From the NCBI GenBank assembly GCA_964632565.1, contig CAZWEP010000003.1, positions 3,845 through 67,844 on the forward strand: DNA of 64,000 nt, given 5' to 3'. Within the stretch, counting starts at the first letter, position 1. Each line of letters begins with the position of its first letter. Below the pieces are notes generated by a model. The model did no database searches, was not told where the DNA came from, and worked only from the letters and a program-made list of their open reading frames with translations. Positions 21,268 through 29,942 of this stretch are shown piece by piece. Source of the DNA: an uncultured Marinobacter sp. (GTDB lineage Bacteria; Pseudomonadota; Gammaproteobacteria; Pseudomonadales; Oleiphilaceae). The position numbers were made by a program, and so were the translations under genes.

Positions 21268-21738
21268 ATGGCGGAAACGAAAAAGCTTCTCGTTGTTTCG
21301 CATGCGCCCTCGGAGAACACCCTGCGTCTCCGGGAAGCGGTCGCCAAGGGCGCTCGCCACGAAGATCTGGAAAACGTTCATGTCACGGTTCTTCCGCCGC
21401 TGGAAGCCGGGCCCGACGATGTGCTTGCCTGTGATGCCCTGATACTGGGGACCACCGAAAATCTCGGTTACATGAGCGGTGCGCTGAAAGATTTTTTTGA
21501 CCGCAGTTATTACCCCTGTCTGGAAAAGACCCAGGGCCTTCCATTTGCTTTTTATGTCAGGGCAGGGCATGACGGCACCGGTACCCGGCGGGCAATCGAA
21601 TCGATTACGACTGGGCTTCGCTGGCGCTTGGTTCAGGACCCACTGATTTGTCGTGGTGAATTCCAGGAGGCGTTTGTGGGTCAGTGTGAAGAACTGGGCA
21701 TGTATGTCGCAGCCAGTCTGGACGCCGGACTCATTTAG
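21268..21738 (+). CDS. Flavodoxin-family protein
   Basis: LLVVSHAPSENT, LGTTENLGYMSGALKDFFDR, AGHDGTG. Confidence 0.85.
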   Translation: MAETKKLLVVSHAPSENTLRLREAVAKGARHEDLENVHVTVLPPLEAGPDDVLACDALILGTTENLGYMSGALKDFFDRSYYPCLEKTQGLPFAFYVRAGHDGTGTRRAIESITTGLRWRLVQDPLICRGEFQEAFVGQCEELGMYVAASLDAGLI

Positions 21739-22109
21739 CCAGCAAAGCGGTTGTAAAAACCTTCGATGCGCGAGAGCGCATTGTCTACTGTTCTGGAATA
21801 TCCCTTCTCTTCGAAGCAGTAGCTGAACTGGATGCTGACACGGTAGCCCGTCTGGAATGAGTGGCAGGACACAACCCGTGCGGCTACCCGGGATTCTCGG
21901 ATGTATTTGCCGTCAAAGCTCAGGAAAAGGCGAGCGCCCGGCTCTACCGGACGGGGACAGAGAACTGCCATGCCGTAGCGATTCATGTCGAGGCAAGTGA
22001 CGGCTGTCAGGTTTTTGCCACGACCAAAAAAGCCGCGTTCCTGCAACTCGACTTTGAGGCAGTTCGCAGCGTAGCGATCTTTGATTCTGCGTTCTGACGG
22101 GTCGCTCAT
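21735..22109 (-). CDS. Single-domain PilZ protein
   Basis: ERRIKDRY (RxxxR), DMNRYG (DxxxxG), ARVVSC...YRVSIQF beta-barrel pattern. Confidence 0.8.
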   Translation of the reverse strand: MSDPSERRIKDRYAANCLKVELQERGFFGRGKNLTAVTCLDMNRYGMAVLCPRPVEPGARLFLSFDGKYIRESRVAARVVSCHSFQTGYRVSIQFSYCFEEKGYSRTVDNALSRIEGFYNRFAG

Positions 22110-22291
22110 CTTCGATTGCTTCCATCCACTGTAAGCATGTAAATCGCCCCGTGTGTTCCAACCGGGGAAACAAAGTGTAGTAGTCAACTAGTTGGCTGAA
22201 AAATGACCTTTAGTCATTTTGTGACGCAGTTATCACTCGTTGGGCGACGTGCTGCCCGAGCTGTCGGGCCAAAATAGTTCCTCTGACGCAC

Positions 22292-22576
22292 TTATGCCCG
22301 TGTGCTCACCAGCTGACCACGACGATCTTCCGCTGGCGCGGGCATTCGCGTTTTTGGGTGCAGTAAGCGCGGACTGCGGCGGCTGTGTCGTTTGCGTCGG
22401 TCCGGGCCGTCGAAGGCCACCTGAGCCCGCCGTCGATCCGGTTGCATTCGCCGGTCCCGAAGCGGGCGGCGTGGCGGAGCCACGGACTCTTCGGCCGCTG
22501 GAGTGCGCTGGGTGCCCGGCTTGCGAATTGTCTGCAATGCGGCCAGTCCCGCCGGTTGATGTCGATAAATGTCCAT
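22292..22576 (-). CDS. Small Arg-rich protein with DRR repeats (hypothetical, 94 aa)
   Basis: ATG preceded by AGGAAAG; four DRR motifs; sigma28-like promoter upstream. Confidence 0.7.
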   Translation of the reverse strand: MDIYRHQPAGLAALQTIRKPGTQRTPAAEESVAPPRRPLRDRRMQPDRRRAQVAFDGPDRRKRHSRRSPRLLHPKTRMPAPAEDRRGQLVSTRA

Positions 22577-22631
22577 CTCAGGTCTTTCCTGATGCGTGTT
22601 AATCGTACTAATGCTTGCTCTGATGATCCTT

Positions 22632-22658
22632 TTAGCGGCCGACAATCGCGAATCTTTA
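22632..22658 (-). promoter_or_regulatory. Sigma28 (FliA) promoter
   Basis: Minus strand TAAA-N15-GCCGCTAA versus consensus TAAA-N15-GCCGATAA. Confidence 0.75.
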
Positions 22659-22741
22659 GCTTGAGGGCGCGACACAGCCGGGATCAGATTCTACAATGAC
22701 CGGCCAACTTCGTTGTGTTTCTCTCGTCACAGGACCAAATC

Positions 22742-25150
22742 TTGAAGTCATTGCCTCTCAATCAGCTTTATAAAGTCTGCGTGTTGAAGGACTTGCCGTT
22801 TAAGTCCACCCGACAGCTGGAACCATTGGCAGAAATCGTTGGCCAGAATCGCGCGCAGTCTGCGGTTCGATTCGCGCTCGCTATGCCCCATGGTGGCTAC
22901 AACGTTTATGCAGTGGGGCGCACCGGCCTTGGAAAGCGGACAATGATGCTCAGGTATTTAGAGCACCACGTGGACCTGGAACATCAGGTTCATGACTGGT
23001 GTTACGTCGCCAACTTTGAGGAACCCAGGGTGCCGAAGGTGCTCAAATTGCCGCCGGGCAAGGGCAACGAGCTGAAGCAAGACATGGAAAAATTGATGGG
23101 GCGCCTGGTCAAGCTGGTGCCCCAAACCTTCGACAGCGACAGTTTTCTGGAACGCGCCGAGCAGTTGAAAAATGAATTCGGGCGCAAACAGGAAGATGAG
23201 TTGGAAACCGTCGCCGCCCAGGCCAAACGGAAAAAGGTCAGCCTGAACATTTCCACTCCGGGTGGCTATCGCCTGGTGGCCATGAACGGCGAGGAGCCCC
23301 ACACCGCCGAAACCTTCCAGGCACTGACAGAAGAACAAAGGAACAAATTCGAGGAAGATATCACCAAGCTCGAGAAAAAACTGCGCCAAGCACTTCGGAA
23401 GGTGGCTGATTGGGAGCAGGAATACGCCGAGTCCCAGCAGGCTCTTAATACCGAAACTCTGGAAAGCATTTCGGGGCATCAAATCGACGAGTTGGTGGCC
23501 AAGTACTCTGAGCTTCCCGACGTGGTCAGTTACCTTGAGGGTGTTAGGGCCGATCTGGTCGACAGCCTGGATGTGTTTCTGGAAGAAAACGACGAGCAGG
23601 CGGCCATTGCCTACGCGTCGCTGGATAAAAAGCTTCCGCGGCGTTATCTGGTCAACGTTTTGGTTCATCAGAAAACTGAGGAAGTACCTGTGGTGGTTGA
23701 GGACAATCCCACCTACCACAATCTGTTCGGTTACGTTGAAAGCGTTACCTTTAAGGGTACGGTGTTTACCGATTATTCGCTGATTCGCCCGGGCGCGATC
23801 CACAAGGCCAATGGCGGCTATCTGCTTATGGACGCCATTAAAGTGTTGGAACAGCCTTATGTCTGGGACGGTCTAAAGCGTGCGTTGAGATCAAGGTCGG
23901 TTCAGATCAATTCTCTGGAGCGAGAGCTCACGCTGTCGGGTACGATTTCACTGGAGCCGGAGGAAGTTCCTCTGGATGTGAAGATTGTTCTGTTTGGCGA
24001 TCGGGAAACCTGGATGCTGTTGCAGGAATACGATTCTGAATTCGCAGAATTGTTCCGGGTAACCGCCGATTTTGAAAACGAAATGAGGCGGACTAACGAA
24101 AGCCAGGTTCTCTATGCCAAGTTTATTGCCAGCCTGGTGGAGGAAAAACATCTGCTTCACTGCTCCAATAAGGCGGTTGCGCGCATCATTGAGCACAGCG
24201 CACGAATGGCGGAGCATCAGGACAGGCTCTCGCTTCAAGCGGCAGACATTGCCAATCTGCTTCGCGAGTCTGATTTCTGGGCGCGGCAGGCCGGAGCCAA
24301 ATTGATTCAGAACGATCATGTGGATCAGGCGCTCGAAAGTGCAAAGTATCGAAGCAGCCGGATTCGTGACCAGTTTTACGATTCCATCAGTGATGGCAGT
24401 ACACTGGTGTCCACCACCGGCAAATGTGTGGGCCAAGTGAATGCACTGTCCGTACTTTCAACCGGTGGGTTTGAATTCGGGTTGTCTAACCGTATTACCG
24501 CGACCTGCTACTATGGTGACGGCGGCGTCATGGATATCGAGCGGGACGTCAAATTAGGTGGAAACATTCACTCCAAAGGCGTGATGATCCTCAGTTCCTG
24601 GATGTCCGCGCATTTTGCGGTGACCGACCCCATGCATCTCTCGGCAAGCCTGACCTTTGAGCAGAATTATGGAGAGGTGGATGGCGACAGTGCGTCGCTT
24701 GCAGAGCTCTGCGCGCTGGTGTCGGCACTTTCCGAATTGCCGGTTCGTCAGGATCTCGCGTTGACCGGGTCGGTAAACCAGTTTGGTGATGTTCAGCCGA
24801 TTGGTGGAGTTAACGAAAAGGTCGAAGGTTTTTTCGCCACCTGCAGGCTTACCGGCGGGTTTACGGGTTCCCAGGGCGTAATCATTCCGGCGACTAATGT
24901 TCAGAACCTGATGCTGGATCAGGAAGTCGTTCAGGCTGTGCGCGATGGCAAGTTCTCTGTTTACGCCGTTTCGAGCGCAGAAGAAGCCATCACCTTGCTT
25001 CTTGGCAAACCTGCGGGCAAGGCGGATGACAAAGGGCGCTACCCCAAACAGACCGTTTTTGGCATGATCCAGCAACGGCTAGAACAAATGCGGGAACGAG
25101 AACGGCAGGAAAGCGCCCGAGATGATCACAAGGATCCATCCATTCATTGA
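22742..25150 (+). CDS. Lon protease family protein (LonC/YcbZ-like, AAA-like + Lon_C)
   Basis: IVGQNRA, GRTGLGKRT, PGAIHKANGGYL, FEQNYGEVDGDSAS, TGSVNQFGDVQPIGGVNEK; start codon (TTG) uncertain. Confidence 0.9.
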   Translation: MKSLPLNQLYKVCVLKDLPFKSTRQLEPLAEIVGQNRAQSAVRFALAMPHGGYNVYAVGRTGLGKRTMMLRYLEHHVDLEHQVHDWCYVANFEEPRVPKVLKLPPGKGNELKQDMEKLMGRLVKLVPQTFDSDSFLERAEQLKNEFGRKQEDELETVAAQAKRKKVSLNISTPGGYRLVAMNGEEPHTAETFQALTEEQRNKFEEDITKLEKKLRQALRKVADWEQEYAESQQALNTETLESISGHQIDELVAKYSELPDVVSYLEGVRADLVDSLDVFLEENDEQAAIAYASLDKKLPRRYLVNVLVHQKTEEVPVVVEDNPTYHNLFGYVESVTFKGTVFTDYSLIRPGAIHKANGGYLLMDAIKVLEQPYVWDGLKRALRSRSVQINSLERELTLSGTISLEPEEVPLDVKIVLFGDRETWMLLQEYDSEFAELFRVTADFENEMRRTNESQVLYAKFIASLVEEKHLLHCSNKAVARIIEHSARMAEHQDRLSLQAADIANLLRESDFWARQAGAKLIQNDHVDQALESAKYRSSRIRDQFYDSISDGSTLVSTTGKCVGQVNALSVLSTGGFEFGLSNRITATCYYGDGGVMDIERDVKLGGNIHSKGVMILSSWMSAHFAVTDPMHLSASLTFEQNYGEVDGDSASLAELCALVSALSELPVRQDLALTGSVNQFGDVQPIGGVNEKVEGFFATCRLTGGFTGSQGVIIPATNVQNLMLDQEVVQAVRDGKFSVYAVSSAEEAITLLLGKPAGKADDKGRYPKQTVFGMIQQRLEQMRERERQESARDDHKDPSIH

Positions 25151-25188
25151 CGGGTTTCCGGCGTAAACTGACAGGAGAGGCAAGGCTC

Positions 25189-25815
25189 ATGGCGGATAGT
25201 CAGCAAACAGTGTTCGTGGTTGAAGACGATGAGGCAGTGCGCGACTCATTAGAACTTCTTTTGAAATCCGAGGGCAAGCCCGTCAAGACCTATGAAACTG
25301 CCAACGCATTTTTAAGCGACTATTCCGAAGACATGGCCGGATGCATTGTCCTCGATATTCGCATGCCCGGTATGGACGGCATGGAGCTGCAAAAGAAACT
25401 CAACGCCAAGCATTCCATCCTCCCGATCATTTTTGTGACCGGTCACGGAGACGTGCCGATGGCAGTGGATGCCATGAAAGAGGGTGCTGTCGATTTCATC
25501 CAGAAGCCCTATCGGGAGGAAGCGCTGCTGGAAAAAATCGACGCTGCAATTGAGCAGGACGCAGAGCAAAGGAAAACCCTGGGAGAGAAGCAGGAAATTC
25601 TGCGAAAGGTCAAAACGCTGACACCCCGGGAGCATGAGATCATGGATCGAATGATCGAAGGTCAGGCGAACAAGGTGATTGCGATCGAACTTGAGATCAG
25701 TCAGCGAACCGTTGAAATCCATCGCTCGCGGGTCATGCATAAGATGGGAACACACTCGCTGGCACACCTCGTTCGAATGATCCTGTCCGTAAAGGACCGT
25801 ATCGACTCGCCGTGA
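25189..25815 (+). CDS. FixJ/LuxR-family response regulator
   Basis: FVVEDD, LDIRMPGMDG, TGHGDVPMAV, DFIQKP, LTPREHE...NKVIAIELEISQRTVEIHR. Confidence 0.92.
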   Translation: MADSQQTVFVVEDDEAVRDSLELLLKSEGKPVKTYETANAFLSDYSEDMAGCIVLDIRMPGMDGMELQKKLNAKHSILPIIFVTGHGDVPMAVDAMKEGAVDFIQKPYREEALLEKIDAAIEQDAEQRKTLGEKQEILRKVKTLTPREHEIMDRMIEGQANKVIAIELEISQRTVEIHRSRVMHKMGTHSLAHLVRMILSVKDRIDSP

Positions 25816-25860
25816 GGGCGCCGTCATTATGGTTAGATCTTGGTAACCGGCTATGCCCTT

Positions 25861-27423
25861 ATGACTGACGCTGTTCAGGAGACCACGGACATTACAGTTC
25901 TGCTTGTGGACGACAACCCGCAGAACCTCAAAGTGCTTTATGAAACCCTCAAGGATAAGGGGTATCGCCTGCTGATCGCGAACGAAGGCGAAAAAGCTCT
26001 TGATCTGGCTCAGCGCCACGCTCCCGAGGTGATTCTACTCGATATCATGATGCCCGGCCTTGACGGTTATCAGGTGTGTGAGCGTTTGAAAACCAATCCC
26101 GAAACAGCCGATAGCGCTGTTGTATTTCTCTCCGCACTAGACGACCTGCAAGCGAAAGTGCGCGGTTTTTCCGTGGGCGGCGCAGACTATATTTCAAAAC
26201 CTTTCCAGGCTCAGGAAGTGATTGCGCGGGTGAAAACCCACGCCAAGGTCATTCGTCTTGAGCGCGAACTCCAGGCGCGCAACCGACAGTTGGAGGGAGA
26301 CCAGGCGCGAATTCTGAATGCCATAAGCGAAGGCATTTACGGTCTGGATACCTCTGGCCGGATCATTTTTGCCAATCCCGCCGCAGCCACCATCATGGGT
26401 TGCCCTGCTGATGAACTGGTCGGCAAGAATTTCTTCAGCCTCCACTTTGGCACGGACGATCAAGGCCTTGATCAGCTGCCCGCTCACGCGACCTGTTGCG
26501 AAGGGGTCGTCGAGTATCAGCGTGGCGTTGAAATGCGAAGGTTCGATGGCTCGACATTTCCTGCGGATTATCGGTCGACCCCGAAACGCGAAGGTGACGA
26601 ACTGCGCGGCGCCGTCGTTGTGTTCCGCGACATTACTATCGAGCTGCAGAACGAGACGGCTCTGGACGAAGCCCGTGATCTGGTACAGGAACAGCGAGAC
26701 CAGCTGGCGCATGTGTCCAGGCTTACCACCATGGGCGAAATGGCGGCAGGGGTTGCTCATGAGGTCAACCAGCCGCTGACTGCGATCACGAATTATGCCC
26801 GGGTAGCTAACCGAATCATGACAAAGGAGGCACCGGACCTCGCTTTGCTCTCTGAAACCATGGAAAAGATCGAAGCCCAATCTCACCGCGCAAGCGAGGT
26901 CATTCGTCGAATTCGTCGATTCATGAAAAAACCGGCTTCGGGCAAGGAAGTCGTGTCCCTGTCGTCCCTTCTCGAGGATACCCGGCAATTTGCGGAGGTG
27001 GATATTCGCAACAACGAGGGGGGAGTCGAGGTTCATGTTGACGAGGATGTTAAGGATGTCTGTGCAGACCCGGTTCAGGTCCAGCAGGTCGCCCTCAACC
27101 TGATCCGCAATGCGCTTGAGGCGACTCGCAGCGCCAACTCTTCGGAACCGGTGCGAGTGGATGTACGCATGCTGGATTCGCGATTTGTCCGCGTGGACAT
27201 CACGGATTCTGGCATCGGGCTATCGCCGGACGACGAAACCAAGTTGTTTCTGCCGTTTTTCACCACGAAAGCGGAGGGTATGGGCATTGGGCTGCCGATG
27301 TGTCGTTCTCTGATTCAGGCGCAAGGAGGCGAAATTGGCTATGAGCGCCCGGAGGCTCCAGGCGCGCGATTCTATTTCACCTTGCCGGTAGCCGGCCAGC
27401 AGATCGAAGACGTACCCTGCTGA
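25861..27423 (+). CDS. Hybrid sensor histidine kinase (REC-PAS-HisKA-HATPase)
   Basis: LLVDDN...LLDIMMPG, PAS (EGIYGLD...FANPAA), AHEVNQPL H-box, NLIRNA, DSGIG, PFFTTKAEGMGIGL. Confidence 0.92.
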   Translation: MTDAVQETTDITVLLVDDNPQNLKVLYETLKDKGYRLLIANEGEKALDLAQRHAPEVILLDIMMPGLDGYQVCERLKTNPETADSAVVFLSALDDLQAKVRGFSVGGADYISKPFQAQEVIARVKTHAKVIRLERELQARNRQLEGDQARILNAISEGIYGLDTSGRIIFANPAAATIMGCPADELVGKNFFSLHFGTDDQGLDQLPAHATCCEGVVEYQRGVEMRRFDGSTFPADYRSTPKREGDELRGAVVVFRDITIELQNETALDEARDLVQEQRDQLAHVSRLTTMGEMAAGVAHEVNQPLTAITNYARVANRIMTKEAPDLALLSETMEKIEAQSHRASEVIRRIRRFMKKPASGKEVVSLSSLLEDTRQFAEVDIRNNEGGVEVHVDEDVKDVCADPVQVQQVALNLIRNALEATRSANSSEPVRVDVRMLDSRFVRVDITDSGIGLSPDDETKLFLPFFTTKAEGMGIGLPMCRSLIQAQGGEIGYERPEAPGARFYFTLPVAGQQIEDVPC

Positions 27424-27436
27424 CCGTGAGAAAGGC

Positions 27437-28312
27437 TCAGAGCCAATCTACTTTTCCCGTCAGGTGTGGTGCATCGCCGCTCTTGTTTAGCAGCTGAAAA
27501 TCCAACGACTTCGCGGCCGCCTGCCAGTTCAGTTGCGTTTGTCCCGGTAGAAATACCGGCTTTTTGAAGTCGCACGTTACCGTAAAGCTGTCTTGCTTCC
27601 ATTCAGCCTGTTGCTCGAGAAATCCAAGTACCCGTGCTTTGCTCCACATGCCGTGGGCGATGGCTCTCGGGAAACCGAATAACTTTGCGCTAAATGGATA
27701 GAGGTGAATTGGATTGCGGTCACCTGAAACCTCAGCGTACTGGCGCCCAGTCGATTCCGGAACCGAAATGGTGTGGTTATTTGAGTAGCTTGGCAGTGAC
27801 GGTGGTTGCTTGCGGGTTTTACCTGCCGAGTCTTTTTGCGGATGTCGGAACAGTGTCGTGCTGCTTTCTTGCCACACCAATTGACCGGCTGATCGCGCTT
27901 CGGTAATGAGGTCAAATTCTAGGCCTCGTTCGGTGTTTTTCTTTTCGCCAAGGGTTACCCGAAGGTCCAGGGATTCCCATTCTCCGATTGACCGATATTG
28001 GGTAATCTTGTTGCTCAGGTGCACCAGCCCCAGCAAAGGCAATGGGAAACGTTTATCGGTCAAGACTTTTAGATGAAGAGGAAAGGCCAATACGTGAGGC
28101 CAGGTAATTGGCACCGAAACTCGAGGCTCGATTCCACAGACCTTGCGATAGCGTGCAAGGTCCTCTCCACCTGTGCGAACACCCAAAAGCTCAGCGGATA
28201 ATTCGGGCAGATCGGAGTCGGGCGAGGGCTTGCTGCGCCCGGGAATGATTGCCTTGCCATACATGGGTAACAAGCCCGGGGGCTGGTGGTGATATTTTAC
28301 GGTTTGCGTCAT
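27437..28312 (-). CDS. MaoC-family (double hot-dog) acyl dehydratase
   Basis: FPLPLLGLVH, YAEVSGDRNPIH, GFPRAIAHGMW, FKKPVFLP. Confidence 0.9.
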   Translation of the reverse strand: MTQTVKYHHQPPGLLPMYGKAIIPGRSKPSPDSDLPELSAELLGVRTGGEDLARYRKVCGIEPRVSVPITWPHVLAFPLHLKVLTDKRFPLPLLGLVHLSNKITQYRSIGEWESLDLRVTLGEKKNTERGLEFDLITEARSAGQLVWQESSTTLFRHPQKDSAGKTRKQPPSLPSYSNNHTISVPESTGRQYAEVSGDRNPIHLYPFSAKLFGFPRAIAHGMWSKARVLGFLEQQAEWKQDSFTVTCDFKKPVFLPGQTQLNWQAAAKSLDFQLLNKSGDAPHLTGKVDWL

Positions 28313-28479
28313 TTTAATTCGGCTCCTGTTACATCTGGGCGGCACTGGCCTAATATGCTCTAATGAGAACTGATATCTCGTAGTCTGGCAAACCCGACCA
28401 GGACGAGCATTGACCCGGCTAGCCAACTACCCTGTTCAAAGGGTCAAGCCGATTCATTAACAACTATAAGCGGGATGAT

Positions 28480-29511
28480 ATGCAGGAACTTCGTGACGCC
28501 GGCGTGATGTTGCGCCTGATTTATCGAGCCATGAAGAAGAAGGGCATCGATACCGACGCTATTTTTGCCCGACTGGGTGTTGATGAAAACTACGTATACA
28601 CAGAACAGTTAAGAACCCCCCATAACGCCCAGCTTTACTTCTGGCAGGTCGTTGAAGACGTTTCCGGTGATGAAGACATCGGCTTGCACCTTGGCCAGCT
28701 TTTACCGGCCTACAATGGACAGGTGCTTGAGTATCTCTTCCTTAGCAGCCCGACCTTCGGTGAGGGACTTCGCCGGGCACAAAACTACCAGCGGTTGCTG
28801 AGCGATGCCGCCAAAACTGACTTCTTTATTGAGGGCGACGAGGCCTGCATGGTTCTGGATACCGCCTCGGATGAAGTCAGCCGGATCCAGCATTTCAGCG
28901 AATGTTTCGTTCAGGGCCTGATCACCTTTTTCAAGTCGATCACCGAGGATCGTTTTTATCCCTCGCGAATCGAGTTCGAACACGACCGGGCCCGCGGAAA
29001 GGAGCACGTTGAGGAAGTTCTGGGGTGCAAGGTCATTTTCAATTCGCCGCAAAACCGGCTCTACTTTCCGGCCAGTTTCCTGGACCACCCGTCGCCGCAC
29101 GCCGAACCGGAGCTTCTGGACCTGCACGAAAGGTTCGCCAGTGAGCAGGTGGCAAGACTTGAGAAGAAAGACATTGTTGGTCAGGTAGAGCGCATCGTGG
29201 CGGAGCTGCTGGATAGCGGAGAGGTCACACTGGACGCGGTGGCAGAGCGGCTGGATATCAAGCCACGAACCCTGCGCACGCGCCTGACGGAGGCTGAAAC
29301 CAGTTTCAACCAGGTTCTGGCGGATTTCAGGTACAGACTGGCTCGTCAGTTACTAGCCACCACCGACGAATCCATCGATGAAATTGTTTATCTGACCGGG
29401 TTCTCGGAGCCAAGCACATTCTACCGCGCTTTCAAGCGGTGGTCGGGGATGACGCCGATTGAATACCGCAAGACCGCACAGGGAAAGGACGCCATGGTTG
29501 ATGCCATGTGA
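28480..29511 (+). CDS. AraC-family regulator (OruR/Arabinose_bd_2 type)
   Basis: IGLHLG, LEYLFLSSPT, PRTLRTRL, LTGFSEPSTFYRAFKRWSGMTPIEYR. Confidence 0.92.
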   Translation: MQELRDAGVMLRLIYRAMKKKGIDTDAIFARLGVDENYVYTEQLRTPHNAQLYFWQVVEDVSGDEDIGLHLGQLLPAYNGQVLEYLFLSSPTFGEGLRRAQNYQRLLSDAAKTDFFIEGDEACMVLDTASDEVSRIQHFSECFVQGLITFFKSITEDRFYPSRIEFEHDRARGKEHVEEVLGCKVIFNSPQNRLYFPASFLDHPSPHAEPELLDLHERFASEQVARLEKKDIVGQVERIVAELLDSGEVTLDAVAERLDIKPRTLRTRLTEAETSFNQVLADFRYRLARQLLATTDESIDEIVYLTGFSEPSTFYRAFKRWSGMTPIEYRKTAQGKDAMVDAM

Positions 29512-29548
29512 GGCGGTCTCTAGCGATAAAGAATTTTAAGAAAAATCG

Positions 29549-29584
29549 TTGACATAACAGGCCGCCTCTTTATAATGCGCCCTC
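29549..29584 (+). promoter_or_regulatory. Consensus sigma70 stable-RNA promoter with GC-rich discriminator
   Basis: TTGACA-N16-TATAAT-GCGCCCTC with an A/T-rich UP-like tract upstream. Confidence 0.92.
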
Positions 29585-29636
29585 GTTGTCACCGAGCATT
29601 CACACCCTTGAATGCGCCCGAGGTGACGGCCCACGC

Positions 29637-29713
29637 GGAGCGGTAGTTCAGCTGGTTAGAATACCGGCCTGTCACGCCGGGGGTCGCGGGTTCGAGTCCC
29701 GTCCGCTCCGCCA
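29637..29713 (+). tRNA. tRNA-Asp (GTC)
   Basis: GGAGCGG acceptor stem, CCGGC-CTGTCAC-GCCGG anticodon arm, GTTCGAGT, CCA end. Confidence 0.97.
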
Positions 29714-29733
29714 TTACGTTCTCTTCGATTCCC

Positions 29734-29809
29734 GGGTGGTTAGCTCAGCTGGGAGAGCATCGCCCTTACAAGGCGAGGGTCACTGGTTCGATCCCAGTAC
29801 CACCCACCA
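29734..29809 (+). tRNA. tRNA-Val (TAC)
   Basis: GGGTGGT acceptor stem, TCGCC-CTTACAA-GGCGA anticodon arm, GTTCGAT, CCA end. Confidence 0.97.
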
Positions 29810-29942
29810 TTTTTTTACCCCGATATGACTCTATCTCGAAGCGAATCTTCCGTTGCTTTGCCTGCGCGTCCGCAATTCATCGGGCACAGATGACGCGCAG
29901 TTCATCTGCCACCCGATGAATGCCAGGCTTCAAACCAACCGA

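Noticed and set aside
29585-29630. Hairpin in the tRNA-Asp leader (and a similar one at 32918-32940) as a separate ncRNA
   Set aside because: Lies between the promoter and the mature tRNA; most simply an ordinary precursor leader
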